Origin: a virus | DNA length: 64,000 bases | Direction: 5' to 3' (one strand) | Virus record (IMG/VR): IMGVR_UViG_3300045110_000102 | Coordinates: 16,645-80,644 of that record | Part shown: one piece after another, positions 20,368 through 30,304 of the stretch | Numbering within the stretch: the stretch's first letter is position 1 | Layout: each line of letters begins with the position of its first letter | Made by a program: the position numbers and the translations under genes | Notes under the pieces: generated by a model | Seen by the model: the letters and a program-made list of their open reading frames with translations, nothing else | Databases searched by the model: none | Told to the model about the DNA's origin: nothing

Positions 20368-20681
20368 CAGTCTCATCCTATGACGTGGTGACAGTCTCAT
20401 CCGACTACATCACCGCCGACAGCATTCTGTGGAAGCGCTATCGCAACCGCGCGCCGAAGATGATCGAGCAGATGATGGATGACAATCCGCACCTCGCGAA
20501 GTGTCATCGCTATTCGCCGTTCCTTCCGGTCGGCACCGTGGTCCGCATCCCGATTGACTTCGGCGTCTTGAGCGGCGCGCCGCAGCGCAAGAACACGGTC
20601 GTGCTGTGGGGCACGACTGGCGAGAGCGATCCGGAGCAGCAGATGTATCAAGGGACACGGAAGCCGGGGGAAGTGGTGTAG
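20364..20681 (+). CDS. Tail protein X (LysM-like)
   Basis: D.I.WK.Y...NP.LA...LPVGTVV.IP...V.LW. Confidence 0.88.
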   Translation: MTVSSYDVVTVSSDYITADSILWKRYRNRAPKMIEQMMDDNPHLAKCHRYSPFLPVGTVVRIPIDFGVLSGAPQRKNTVVLWGTTGESDPEQQMYQGTRKPGEVV

Positions 20682-22259
20682 ATGGCTGAGCATCAAGGTC
20701 CGCGTCGTCGCGCTGCATGTCACATCTGGGTCGCTGGCAAAGACGTGTCGGCGCGGCTGTCGCCGTATCTGATCTCGGTGCAGGTGATCGACTCGCTGTC
20801 TGAGATGCCTCAGTGCAACATCGAACTCGATGACCGCAATGCGGAGCTACAGATTCCGCCGGATGGCGATCCGATATACGTCGCGCTCGGCTGGGCAGGT
20901 GAAGGCCCGCGACTGTTTGAAGGCGGTCGCGGCAAGACGTTCGAGCACACCGCGAGCCTCGGGCTCATGGCTGGAGAGAAGGAAGCCGCGTGGGGCGGTC
21001 CCGGTATGGTGCCGGTGTTCATTGGATGGGTGACGTCGGTCGAGTCAGGCTTCGGTCGTCGTGGCGGCGGTCGTCGATTGTGGATCGAGGCCAAAGGCAA
21101 CAACGACAAGAGCACGACGAAGGAGCTTCAACGTGGACACGTCGGAGAAGGAAAACAGGAGGACGGTGGGGGAGGCTCTCAAGGAGGTGGGAGTGGCGGC
21201 GGCGCGGGTGGCTCGGGCGGCGGTGCGGGTGCTGGTGGCGGTGGTCAAATCCCAATGCAGACGGCTCTCACGCAAGTGTTCGCGAAGTCCGGACTGAGCG
21301 TGAAGCTCTCGCCGCAGATGGCGAAGATCAAGCGCGACTATTGGAATTGGAATGACTCGCCGATGAACCTCGGGCGACGTCTCGCCGAAGAGAACGGCGG
21401 CTTCTTCACGATCTCGAACAACATCGCATCGATGGTCGGCAAGGGTGAGTTCACCAACGCCGACGGCACACCGATGCCGAACGTCGAGGCGGTGTGGGGC
21501 GTCAACCTGATCGGCTGGCGCATCAAGCCGTACACCTCGCGGCCACAGTACGGCGGCGCTGCTGCGCGGCACTTCGACTTCATGGAAGCTGCGTGGAAGA
21601 CCGTCGAAGGAAAGGTCGGCGGCTCGACACCGTTCGGCGGAGCCGGTGCCATCGCGCATCAGATCGCATCGGTGGCTGACTCCGCAACCGCCGAGCAGAA
21701 CAACGCGGGCGCTGCGGGCGATGCATCGAGCAATCGCGGGCACGGCTGGGTGCTGCTCAACGGCGAACCGAACTGCAAGGCTGGCGGCATGGTGACGATT
21801 GTCGGCGCGCGGCCCGGCATCGACTGCACCTATCTGATCGAGCAGGCCGAGCACAACTACACGCGCGGCGTCGGCTATACCACGCGCTGCAACGTGATGT
21901 ACCCGACGCCGATCCCGACCGATTGGGGATGGAGCAACGACCCGGGCATGGGAAAGATTCCGACCGAGCGCGACAAGACGGTCGAGGAGAAGAAGGCCGA
22001 CGTCGAGAAGAAGGCGGCGGACGAGCGCGCCGCAGAGATCGAGGAGGAGAAGAAGGCCATCGAAGAGCGGCAGCGCAGAGCCGATCAGGCGTTCATCGAA
22101 GAGCGCGCCAACTCAGACTTCGTCCCCGGGCGCGCGCCGTTCGATAATTACTGGGGATGGATGAGCGGCGAGCCTAGCGCGCGCGACATCGCGGCGGCAA
22201 AGCTCTGGTACGAGCGCCGCAATCAGGCGCTGCCGCCTGCGTGGCAGAAGTATCAATAG
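20682..22259 (+). CDS. Late control D / baseplate hub protein
   Basis: LIS..V.D...IELDD, LGW, H.Y.RG.G.TT. Confidence 0.85.
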   Translation: MAEHQGPRRRAACHIWVAGKDVSARLSPYLISVQVIDSLSEMPQCNIELDDRNAELQIPPDGDPIYVALGWAGEGPRLFEGGRGKTFEHTASLGLMAGEKEAAWGGPGMVPVFIGWVTSVESGFGRRGGGRRLWIEAKGNNDKSTTKELQRGHVGEGKQEDGGGGSQGGGSGGGAGGSGGGAGAGGGGQIPMQTALTQVFAKSGLSVKLSPQMAKIKRDYWNWNDSPMNLGRRLAEENGGFFTISNNIASMVGKGEFTNADGTPMPNVEAVWGVNLIGWRIKPYTSRPQYGGAAARHFDFMEAAWKTVEGKVGGSTPFGGAGAIAHQIASVADSATAEQNNAGAAGDASSNRGHGWVLLNGEPNCKAGGMVTIVGARPGIDCTYLIEQAEHNYTRGVGYTTRCNVMYPTPIPTDWGWSNDPGMGKIPTERDKTVEEKKADVEKKAADERAAEIEEEKKAIEERQRRADQAFIEERANSDFVPGRAPFDNYWGWMSGEPSARDIAAAKLWYERRNQALPPAWQKYQ

Positions 22260-22271
22260 GGAGATTCACCC

Positions 22272-22913
22272 ATGACAACCATCGTCATCAGTTCGGGGCA
22301 TGGAGCCAAGGTGCCGGGCGCGGACGGCATCATCAACGAAGTGCAGCAGGCCCGACGCGTCGTTGATGCGCTGGCTGCGGAGTTGGAGTCGCGTGAGGTC
22401 AACGTGATCGTGTTTCACGACGACACCTCGACCAGTCAGGGCGAGAACCTCAACACCATCGTTGCGGCGCATAATCGCGAGACGCGCGATCTCGACATCA
22501 GCGTGCACTTCAATGCGTTCGAGCAGCGCGAGGGTCCGGTCGGCACGGAGGTCTGGTACATCAGCCAGAAGAATCTCGCCGCGCAATTGTCGGCAGCGAT
22601 GGCTGACGGTGGTGACTTCATTGATCGCGGCGCGAAGTACACCGATGATTTGAAGTTTCTCAACTCGACGAATAAGCCAGCCGTGCTGCTTGAGGTCTGC
22701 TTCGTGGACAGCGAGGAGGACTGCCGACTGTACGAGATGAACTTCACCACCATCATCGAAGCGCTGGCTGACGTGTTCGCCGAGGGCGAGGAAGAGATCA
22801 CCGAGCCGGTGCCGCCGCCGGGCGAAGAGATCATCCCGCCGCGCGTGGACATCTCGGTCAGCGGTGATGTGCTGATCTACGTCAACGGCGATCAGGTCGG
22901 CACGAAGGGTTGA
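22272..22913 (+). CDS. N-acetylmuramoyl-L-alanine amidase (Amidase_3)
   Basis: GHG, E, SVHFNA, GTEV, PAVLLEVCFVD. Confidence 0.92.
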   Translation: MTTIVISSGHGAKVPGADGIINEVQQARRVVDALAAELESREVNVIVFHDDTSTSQGENLNTIVAAHNRETRDLDISVHFNAFEQREGPVGTEVWYISQKNLAAQLSAAMADGGDFIDRGAKYTDDLKFLNSTNKPAVLLEVCFVDSEEDCRLYEMNFTTIIEALADVFAEGEEEITEPVPPPGEEIIPPRVDISVSGDVLIYVNGDQVGTKG

Positions 22914-22917
22914 AGCC

Positions 22918-23481
22918 ATGCCAAATGAAACGCTGGTCATCTCCGTCGCTGGCGCGAACCTGATCAAGCACTTCGAGTCGTGTTTGAAGAAGAGCGGGCC
23001 GGATCGATTCACCGCATATAAATGTCCAGCGGGAGTCGCCACCATCGGATGGGGCACGACATCGGAGAACGGGCACAAGATCACGATGGGTCTGGTGTGG
23101 TCGCAAGCGCAATGCGATGCCGCGTTCCTCAACGACATGCACGTCTTCGAGTCCGACGTGCGCCGTCTCGTCAAGGTGAAGCTGGAGCAGTGGCAGTTCG
23201 ATTCGCTCGTGAGCTTTTCATATAACTGCGGGGCCGGTGCGTTCGCTGGTTCGACTCTGTTGAAGAAGGTGAACGCGCAGGACTTCGATGCGGCGGCGCT
23301 GGAGTTTCACAAGTGGTGCAAGGCGAAGGGCAAGAAGCTCGATGGGCTTGTGCGCCGACGCGCGAGCGAGTCGCTGTTGTTTCAGAACATTGCGGATGAA
23401 GACTACGACGGCAAGCCTGACAAGATCATCAAGCCGCTCGATGATCCTATGCCGCAACATGTGGACAAGCCGTCTCATTGA
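22918..23481 (+). CDS. Lysozyme/endolysin (GH24)
   Basis: IKHFE...AYKCPAGV.TIGWG; QFDSLVSF.YN.G; GLVRRR..E. Confidence 0.95.
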   Translation: MPNETLVISVAGANLIKHFESCLKKSGPDRFTAYKCPAGVATIGWGTTSENGHKITMGLVWSQAQCDAAFLNDMHVFESDVRRLVKVKLEQWQFDSLVSFSYNCGAGAFAGSTLLKKVNAQDFDAAALEFHKWCKAKGKKLDGLVRRRASESLLFQNIADEDYDGKPDKIIKPLDDPMPQHVDKPSH

Positions 23482-23494
23482 AGGAGTACTGCTT

Positions 23495-23665
23495 ATGACA
23501 CTCGGTCTCGCATTCTGGATCATCATGCTCATCTGGTTCGTGTTCGGCGGGCTGGTTCACTTCGGCATGGTTGCTGCTGCCTACACTGGCGTCGGCACGC
23601 TGTTGCTGTTCGTGCTGTTCCTGATCTTGGGATGGCAGGTGTTCGGCGCGCCGCTGCATAAATGA
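23495..23665 (+). CDS. Small two-TM membrane protein (holin candidate)
   Basis: AAGGAG RBS; 56 aa, two hydrophobic segments. Confidence 0.6.
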   Translation: MTLGLAFWIIMLIWFVFGGLVHFGMVAAAYTGVGTLLLFVLFLILGWQVFGAPLHK

Positions 23666-23832
23666 GCGCGACGCTATGGGGCGTGGTGGTCGCAGCCCTG
23701 CTCGCTGTCGTGGTGTTGCTGTGGTCTACCGGCGCGCTTCGATCACCGACCCTGCCCGATGATCGCAAGTCGCAAGTCGATCCGCTGCCGCCGTATCCGA
23801 GCGGCCCGCCGTCGATCTGCAAAGGATGTTGA
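23662..23832 (+). CDS. Small single-TM protein
   Basis: ATG overlaps previous stop; MSATLWGVVVAALLAVVVLLW...CKGC. Confidence 0.5.
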   Translation: MSATLWGVVVAALLAVVVLLWSTGALRSPTLPDDRKSQVDPLPPYPSGPPSICKGC

Positions 23833-23924
23833 GTTTGTGCTGGCTCTCGATCATCGTCGCGCTGATGGCTGGCGGGATCGCGGGCGTACTGGCGATGGCT
23901 GTCGTGAAGATCGCGAAGGACTGA
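23826..23924 (+). CDS. Tiny single-TM peptide
   Basis: 32 aa MLSLCWLSIIVALMAGGIAGVLAMAVVKIAKD, ends at the terminator. Confidence 0.4.
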   Translation: MLSLCWLSIIVALMAGGIAGVLAMAVVKIAKD

Positions 23925-23958
23925 AGGCCCGGGCTCATCACCCGGGCCTTTTTATTTG
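23925..23958 (+). terminator. Intrinsic terminator ending the late operon
   Basis: AGGCCCGGG-loop-CCCGGGCCT followed by a T tract. Confidence 0.85.
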
Positions 23959-24011
23959 TCAATCGCGTTAATCGTGTTGCCGCTAATTCTCCGCCACGAT
24001 TAGCGCCACGA

Positions 24012-24656
24012 TTACGCCGTGACGGTGCGCCGTCGGCGTGCGAGCGCGAGCAGACCACCGCACGCTGCGATGAGTCCGGGGATGCCAGCGCCAGCGACGG
24101 GGCCGGGCACTGCAAGCGGCGTGACGTCGATGCGATAGTGCTCGAAGTCAGTGATCGTGCCGCCGACATTTACGAGGTCGAGGTCCCAGATGCGTTCGCC
24201 GTTGATCGCTTGGAAGTCGAATCCGTTCTGTCCGTTGCCGAGAGCGTAGCCGCCGAAGTTAAAGTTCTTGAAGGTGCCGTCAGCTTCCAGCGCGGTGACG
24301 TGGAAGAACATACTGCCGCTGCCTTTGATGGAAAAGATTTCCCGCGTGACAGCAAGCTGTCCGATGTTGTCGCGATCAAAGATCGAGATGTCGAGGTCGG
24401 ACGTGTTCACGATCTTGATGTCGTTTCCATTTGCAGCGCCGCTGAACGCGCCGTTGCCAGAGAGATCGCGGAAGCGCACCACCTCATCGTTCTGTCCGTT
24501 GAGCCGACCGAGGATCAGGTTGGTGCTGGCGATGTTGGTGAAGATGACGTTGTTGCCGGTGCCGCCTTGACCGGTGGTGTCGATGATGATGTCGGCGAAG
24601 GCTGGCGTTGCCAACGCAGTGAGGATCGCCGCGAGGGCGAGCAGCTTGGTCTTCAT
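24012..24656 (-). CDS. Secreted surface protein with VPGP-type (PEP-CTERM-like) sorting tail
   Basis: Signal peptide MKTKLL..PAFA; C-terminal VPGPVAGAGIPGL, TM helix, RRRR. Confidence 0.85.
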   Translation of the reverse strand: MKTKLLALAAILTALATPAFADIIIDTTGQGGTGNNVIFTNIASTNLILGRLNGQNDEVVRFRDLSGNGAFSGAANGNDIKIVNTSDLDISIFDRDNIGQLAVTREIFSIKGSGSMFFHVTALEADGTFKNFNFGGYALGNGQNGFDFQAINGERIWDLDLVNVGGTITDFEHYRIDVTPLAVPGPVAGAGIPGLIAACGGLLALARRRRTVTA

Positions 24657-25118
24657 GGGGAGCCCCTTGGTGTCAGTGTTTGCAAACGTGACCGGCGAAC
24701 GGTACGCGCGCCGAGGTGCGCGAGCCAGCCGCATATTCTGGACACTGTGGACGGCATAACTCCTACGTGGGGCGCGTCCGGCCCGGCGGGACAGGGACCC
24801 TGACCGACCTTGCCGCCTCAATGGCTCGTTTCCCGGCGGCATCTGCCGCGTCCATGAGTTGCTGAAGCTCGACCCATGTCACCGTAGCGCCCGGGGCCGA
24901 GGCCTCTCCAGCCCCCGCGCTGCTGATCCTGCGGGCCTTCCACGCCCGGGCTCTCCCGGCGGTCACCCGGCGGCGGTGGCACCTCGGACAGGTCGCCCGG
25001 CGAATCGCCCCCACGGGCTTCCAGCGGCGGTGACAGGCCTCACAAATCAGCAGGGTCATGGTCCGGTCGCGATCTCTCGTTAGCCCCTGTAGGGTCACTC
25101 AAACCCAAGGGAGAGCCT

Positions 25119-25649
25119 ATGCCTTACGTCACTGGATTCCTGAACGTTCACGAGGGCGGACAGCCCGACAACGCGCTGCCGGGTGGCGGCGGTCACCCAT
25201 CGCAGGGACTGCCCGGCCACGGTCACCCGGGCCAAGGCCTGCCGATGCCGCCCAGCGGGACGCTGCCTGCGCCGCCGCCCGGCATGTGGCCGCCGCCGTC
25301 GCTCGGCAACCCGATCCTGCCAGCACCTCCCGGCACGCCGCCCGGCACCATCTGGCCATCGCCGGGACTCCCCGATCATCCGAGCAACGTGCTCCCGGGT
25401 GGCGGACACGCGAGCGGCCAGCCGATCCCGCCGCCGCCCGGCGGATCGATTGACAACACGCTGCCGAGCGCGCCGCCGCAGGCAGGCAACGGTCTGCCGT
25501 CGAAGACCTACTGGATGATTTGCTACGCGCCGAATCTCGGATGGAAGTACGTCGCGGTCGATCCGTCGCTGACGCCCGGCCAAGGCTTGCCGCCTGCATC
25601 GGGCTCGATTGACAACACGCTGCCGCAGGCACCAGCGCCGAAGAAGTAG
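25119..25649 (+). CDS. Pro/Gly-rich repeat protein
   Basis: GGGAG RBS; repeats PDNALP/IDNTLP/GQGLP. Confidence 0.7.
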   Translation: MPYVTGFLNVHEGGQPDNALPGGGGHPSQGLPGHGHPGQGLPMPPSGTLPAPPPGMWPPPSLGNPILPAPPGTPPGTIWPSPGLPDHPSNVLPGGGHASGQPIPPPPGGSIDNTLPSAPPQAGNGLPSKTYWMICYAPNLGWKYVAVDPSLTPGQGLPPASGSIDNTLPQAPAPKK

Positions 25650-25704
25650 AACATCACGCACTTCGTCAACGCATTGGGCCAGCATCGGAAATATCCGTGC
25701 TGGC

Positions 25705-25971
25705 CTATTGCTTCCGGCCTGTCCCGGTGATGTGCGTGGTGTTGCTCTTGATCCACTCGACCATGTCATCGCGCAGCACAAATCCCTCAAGCTGCTCGGC
25801 GAAGGCGTGCGCCTGTCCGATGCGATCCTGCTTGCCCTTGTCGGTCGAGATGATCTGGCACGCGACCGCCAGCGTCAGCGCGGTGCACGCTTCCGCGTTG
25901 TCCTCGCCAGCGAGGAGACCGTTGATCTGATCGACCAGCCGCACGACGTAGTCTTGTCGCTCATCGCTCAT
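25705..25971 (-). CDS. Hypothetical protein
   Basis: ATG overlaps upstream stop. Confidence 0.55.
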   Translation of the reverse strand: MSDERQDYVVRLVDQINGLLAGEDNAEACTALTLAVACQIISTDKGKQDRIGQAHAFAEQLEGFVLRDDMVEWIKSNTTHITGTGRKQ

Positions 25972-26357
25972 GTCTTCGGTCCTACGAGGAAGGTTGGAGG
26001 GGCGGGGATCGGCATGCGCAGCGAGCGCCACATGTGCAAGCAGTGCGGATGGAAGTTCACGTGCAGCGACTTCGGCGGATGATACTGCACGACCAGTTCT
26101 TCTTCCGCCCAGAAGATGTCCTTGACGAAGCACATCTCCTCCCACGTCGGACAGCGTTCCTCGCACGAGACCGACACGTGCTCCCATCCGTTCTCCTCAT
26201 CGATGCCGCTCGATATCGCGAGCAACAGCGTCGTGCCGCCGCCCTTGACTGGCGCGAGCAGCTTGAACATTCCGGCGAGTCCATAGCTGTCGTCGCTCGC
26301 CATGTCGCCGGTGCGAACGCGGTTCGCCTGTAGCACCAGTGGAATGTAACGCCTCAC
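25968..26357 (-). CDS. DUF7694-like phage protein
   Basis: WEHVSVS...CPTWEEMC.VK..FW...HP....VNFHP.CLH.WR. Confidence 0.75.
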   Translation of the reverse strand: MRRYIPLVLQANRVRTGDMASDDSYGLAGMFKLLAPVKGGGTTLLLAISSGIDEENGWEHVSVSCEERCPTWEEMCFVKDIFWAEEELVVQYHPPKSLHVNFHPHCLHMWRSLRMPIPAPPTFLVGPKT

Positions 26358-26590
26358 CCGTTCACCGCTGGCTTCATGTTGCTGTTTGCGTCGATGAAGT
26401 GATCCATCAGGCTGCGCATCTTGATGCGCTCCTTGTCTGGCATCCGCTTCAGTCCCCACGCGATGCACGCAGCAAGCGCCATGATGCTGTCGCCGGTGGT
26501 CTCACCCTCCAGTACGTCGCCGATCCTCGTTGCCAGCGCGTTCATGTGCGCGGCCTGCTCCTGCGGTGTGCGCTTCTGATTGTCTGTCAT
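26354..26590 (-). CDS. Hypothetical protein
   Basis: Coupled ORF; weak similarity to 25705-25971. Confidence 0.5.
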   Translation of the reverse strand: MTDNQKRTPQEQAAHMNALATRIGDVLEGETTGDSIMALAACIAWGLKRMPDKERIKMRSLMDHFIDANSNMKPAVNG

Positions 26591-26597
26591 CACGCGC

Positions 26598-27029
26598 TCA
26601 CTGCTTCGTGCCGGGATCGTACGCGTCGAGGAGCTTGTCGAGCCCTTGATCGGCGACACTACATTCATCAACGAGGCGGCGATGGGCAACGTCTCGCGTG
26701 ATCTTACCATCGCGAAGCTCGTGCATAATGCCGTTGACCTTAGCCATATTGCTCGCGATCTCTTCATTGCTGAGTTCATCCTTCACGTTGCTCTCCTTGT
26801 GCTGTCTGATCTGCTCTTCGAATATTCGCATCACGTCAGTGGTCGCGACGCCGTTGCTGATGCGGCTCGCCATGCCGCTCTGATCCCCGTACGGAAACAC
26901 GAGCAGGATGAATCCGTTGTTGCGCTCGCCGCCGGTTGCGACCTTCTCGCCATTGAGAATCCGATCCAGCGCAGCCGCGAGGTTCTGCATCGCCTCGCTC
27001 ATCGTCATCTCGATTCCGTCTTCGCTCAC
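26598..27029 (-). CDS. Hypothetical protein
   Basis: GFILLVFP...ISN motif common in phage small proteins. Confidence 0.55.
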   Translation of the reverse strand: MSEDGIEMTMSEAMQNLAAALDRILNGEKVATGGERNNGFILLVFPYGDQSGMASRISNGVATTDVMRIFEEQIRQHKESNVKDELSNEEIASNMAKVNGIMHELRDGKITRDVAHRRLVDECSVADQGLDKLLDAYDPGTKQ

Positions 27030-27307
27030 AGTTCTTCTCCGTCCGAGTGATCCTTCTTCAGCGTCTCCAGTTCGGCTGAGACGCGCGTCGCGATGATCGA
27101 GTTGGTCGCGCGGTCCTCGGTCAGGTCGAAGCGTTTCTCTTTGTGCTTCGAGTACGCGATGATGTACCAGCGCATCTCGTCCATCTTGTACATCTTGCCG
27201 AGCGGCACCGTTGCGGTCTCGCCCATCTTCAATCGCTTGAGGATGTTGTGCACATACTCCGACATCGTCTCCAGCTTCTGCTTCTGCTCCTGCCACGGCT
27301 CCATCAT
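27026..27307 (-). CDS. Hypothetical protein
   Basis: GAGGAG RBS. Confidence 0.55.
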   Translation of the reverse strand: MMEPWQEQKQKLETMSEYVHNILKRLKMGETATVPLGKMYKMDEMRWYIIAYSKHKEKRFDLTEDRATNSIIATRVSAELETLKKDHSDGEEL

Positions 27308-27510
27308 CTGTACTCCTCGATGCTGGTCGGCTGACCCATCAGCGTGATGTTGACCGAACCCTTCTTGAGTTGACCGAGGATGCTATCGGCAAGGTCGTTC
27401 GCCTTCTCGACGGTGCTAGCAACGAAGATCAGCCGCACCTCGCGGCCAATCACCTCGACGCGGACTCCCTTGCCGTAGTCGGGGTTGGTGAATTGTCGAT
27501 CAGTCGCCAT
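27304..27510 (-). CDS. Hypothetical protein
   Basis: TGATG coupling. Confidence 0.5.
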   Translation of the reverse strand: MATDRQFTNPDYGKGVRVEVIGREVRLIFVASTVEKANDLADSILGQLKKGSVNITLMGQPTSIEEYR

Positions 27511-27707
27511 CAGTAGTCCTTCCGCGTGGTCTCGATCTGGTAGGCAAGGTCGCGCATCCTCTCGATGGTCTTCGGCACGTTGTTCACTCCGATGGTCATC
27601 ACGGCGTACACCTCGCCGTCCTCCCTTTCCAAGTTGAAGTGAATCGCCGTGCACTTCGGATCGCTGCACAGGCCCATGATGAAGCTGTGCGCCAGTTCGG
27701 CTGTCAT
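27510..27707 (-). CDS. Hypothetical protein
   Basis: GGAGG RBS; ATGA coupling. Confidence 0.5.
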   Translation of the reverse strand: MTAELAHSFIMGLCSDPKCTAIHFNLEREDGEVYAVMTIGVNNVPKTIERMRDLAYQIETTRKDY

Positions 27708-28083
27708 CGTCTGCACCTCCATGATTTGCCGCCGCGCGTGATCACCTTGCGCATGTGATGCCGTGTGCAGACGTCGCCGCGATCCGCAACGCGAGCGCGC
27801 GTGCGCTTCACTGGCGTTGGCTCATCATCGACCACGAGCACCGGCGGCACCTTCGACTCCGGAGGATCGAGCACGATGCGCTCTGTCTTGACCGGCACCG
27901 GCTCGGTCGATGCGACCACCGGTCGCGCGATTTGAATCTCTCTGACCCTGTCCTGCTTCTTCAGCGGCTCGGCCTCGACCTGCAGGTTCGGCTTCGGCAC
28001 CACGATGCGCTCGGCGCTTGGCACGCGCTGGATGGCGAACACCACCATCAGCGCGGCCAGAGCGGAGACGCCGAACCAAACAC
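27704..28083 (-). CDS. Putative exported protein (start uncertain)
   Basis: N-terminal hydrophobic stretch; C-terminal DVC.RH..RKV....SWRC. Confidence 0.45.
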
Positions 28084-28273
28084 TACTCCGAGTCAATGGA
28101 GACCAGTGCAGATCGAACGAGAGCGGCTTCCACCGGATGGCCGTTCTCTTCCAGAAGGTTGATCGCGCTGTTGACGACTTCAACAAGCCGCCCATTGCGA
28201 GCGATGCTGCGCCGAAGTGCAGCGGCGAGATGCTCTCCGACTCGGAGCATGCGCTCGGTCCTCTCATCAGGCA

Positions 28274-28714
28274 TCATCCCATCTTCTTCGTGAAGTCGTC
28301 GCACGCGTCGCGGATCGCCTTCGACAGATTGCTGGCTGTCTCGATCAGCAGCTTGGTGTGCTCGCCCTTGTTGCGTATCTGCTTCGCCGCTTCCTCGATG
28401 GTCTTGAGGTCGTGAAGCAACTCTGTCTGCGAAGCATCAAGCTGCGGCATCAGCGCCTTCACCATGTCGCCGAGCTTCTCGACCTGCTCCGCCGTGTGCT
28501 CGTACTGCGTCATCACCGCTTGCGCAGAGAGCTTGCCGAGATCGGGATTGTGCGCGTCGAGCATCGGGATGCCGTCCTCACGCGCGGGCGGCGGACGGCG
28601 CACCACTTCGGAGACTTCTTCTTCAAGCGTGCGCAGGTTGATGTGCTCGCGGCTGCGCGCCGGTGGGCGGACAGCGTTGCCGGTGCGCGGCAGTGTTGGC
28701 AGTTGTTCGTTCAT
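28274..28714 (-). CDS. Hypothetical coiled-coil protein
   Basis: TCAAAGGAGCG RBS. Confidence 0.6.
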   Translation of the reverse strand: MNEQLPTLPRTGNAVRPPARSREHINLRTLEEEVSEVVRRPPPAREDGIPMLDAHNPDLGKLSAQAVMTQYEHTAEQVEKLGDMVKALMPQLDASQTELLHDLKTIEEAAKQIRNKGEHTKLLIETASNLSKAIRDACDDFTKKMG

Positions 28715-28908
28715 TCGGTCGCTCCTTTGATGCGTTCAGTTGTGTAGATAGGGGAGAAGATTATCAGGCACCTTCTTCTTGCCGTGCCGGTGCATGAAGT
28801 TGGCGAACATGCGGCACTGCGCGTCGATGCGTTCTTCGATTGGAAGCCTGCGCGATTCCTTCAGCATCTCCATGAGCGCAGGCAGTTCTCTGATGGCGGC
28901 ATCTTCGC

Positions 28909-29235
28909 TCACTGGTCGCTTCCTTTGATGCGTTGATATCTCGTGTAGTACTCGATGCAGAGTTCGAAGGGATCGGGCACACCGTGTGCCGCCCACCATT
29001 CGAGTTCGTTGCCGTGCGCGTGCTGCGCCATGTGATGGTTGTGCTTCAGCGGCAAGGCCCAACGGTCATCGGGCTTGCCCCATCCCTTGTCTTTGCCGTG
29101 CTTGAATGACCGTGCGCGAAGATGCGCGGCATCACATGGCGGAGCTTGCAAGCAGCCGCACACGCAACGTTGCGAGCGCAGCCACTTGAGGTAGCCCGGA
29201 TCACGCAGTGGCGGTTGCCGCTGCCGCAGTGTCAC
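28909..29235 (-). CDS. DUF968-like (HNH-like Zn) protein
   Basis: YLKWLR...C.C...AAH...KPDD.W..PL..H..QH. Confidence 0.75.
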   Translation of the reverse strand: MTLRQRQPPLRDPGYLKWLRSQRCVCGCLQAPPCDAAHLRARSFKHGKDKGWGKPDDRWALPLKHNHHMAQHAHGNELEWWAAHGVPDPFELCIEYYTRYQRIKGSDQ

Positions 29236-30278
29236 CGGCGTTTGCCTTTGTTCGGCTCTTGCTTCGGCTTGCGGTCGGGCGGGAAGATGTCCGCTTGGAC
29301 TTCGCCCTGCTGCTGCCCCGTGCCAGATGATCCGGCAGATTGTTCGCCATCCTTCGGATCGCCGCCGACAGCATCAGCGCTTCCGCCTTTGTCCGCACCG
29401 TCGTCGGCTCCAGCACGAGGCTGATCGCCCCGTCCTTCACCGACAGGTTCATCACCACTTCCTTTGACAACTTCATCTTTCACCTCTTCTTTGACGACGT
29501 CGGAATTGACTTCGCCTTCTATGATCGAGTTGCGAGCCGCTGCCTGCGTGGCAACGTGCTCGACGTCGAAGCCTCGATCTCCTGCCGCGCGAGCCGCCTT
29601 GGCGTCGCGAAGTTTCTGTGCGTAGGCCGCAACCTTGCTGATCGGCATATCGACCGCTATCGATCCGTCATCGAGTTCGTCCGGCGTGTAGACGCCGAGC
29701 AGCACTTCGCTGGCGAACAGTCGGCACCATTGCCGCACGGTCGAGTAAGCAAGCTGCACCTCGGGCACCGTCTCCCACAGTGGCGAGCCACCGTAGCCGC
29801 CACCATCCCTGCGCTTCGGTCGTGCGTCGAGCATCTCCTTCAGCGTCGGGCTGGTGTACTCGTGCGGCCTCTCTTCGCCCCTGAATAGGCCGGACACCTT
29901 GCAGCGGCGCTGATCGCCTTCGCCGAGTATCTCGTGCCGCAGCCGCGTCTTCAGCGGAGCGCGCGCGGTGATCACCGCATGCACAAGCTGCGCCTCGAAC
30001 GCGATCCGCTCTTCGCCCTTGTTCACTACCTGATAGGACTTCTCAGCGACGGCGAACGGGTCCATCTGCCAGCGCAGCGCGCGCGAGCAGATCGCGAGAC
30101 AGCCGCCGGGATTGCCGCGCAGATAGCCCGGCACTGCCGAGCCGGAGACCGCCATCAACTTGGCGAACTCCATCACCTGTCCCATGTTCTCCAGCGCGAT
30201 GCCGCCGATCTCGGCATTCACTGTGATCGGTGCAGCGATAGCACGATCAACACGCCTCTCGATTTCAGTCACGTCCAT
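29232..30278 (-). CDS. recT: RecT-like ssDNA annealing recombinase
   Basis: P.YLRGNPG.C, W.MDPF.VA..Y, W...P..QL.Y...R.W.R..LLGVY..DE; adjacent to RecE. Confidence 0.8.
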   Translation of the reverse strand: MDVTEIERRVDRAIAAPITVNAEIGGIALENMGQVMEFAKLMAVSGSAVPGYLRGNPGGCLAICSRALRWQMDPFAVAEKSYQVVNKGEERIAFEAQLVHAVITARAPLKTRLRHEILGEGDQRRCKVSGLFRGEERPHEYTSPTLKEMLDARPKRRDGGGYGGSPLWETVPEVQLAYSTVRQWCRLFASEVLLGVYTPDELDDGSIAVDMPISKVAAYAQKLRDAKAARAAGDRGFDVEHVATQAAARNSIIEGEVNSDVVKEEVKDEVVKGSGDEPVGEGRGDQPRAGADDGADKGGSADAVGGDPKDGEQSAGSSGTGQQQGEVQADIFPPDRKPKQEPNKGKRR

Positions 30279-30304
30279 AGTCTTTGCTCCGTTTGAGTTC
30301 AGAT

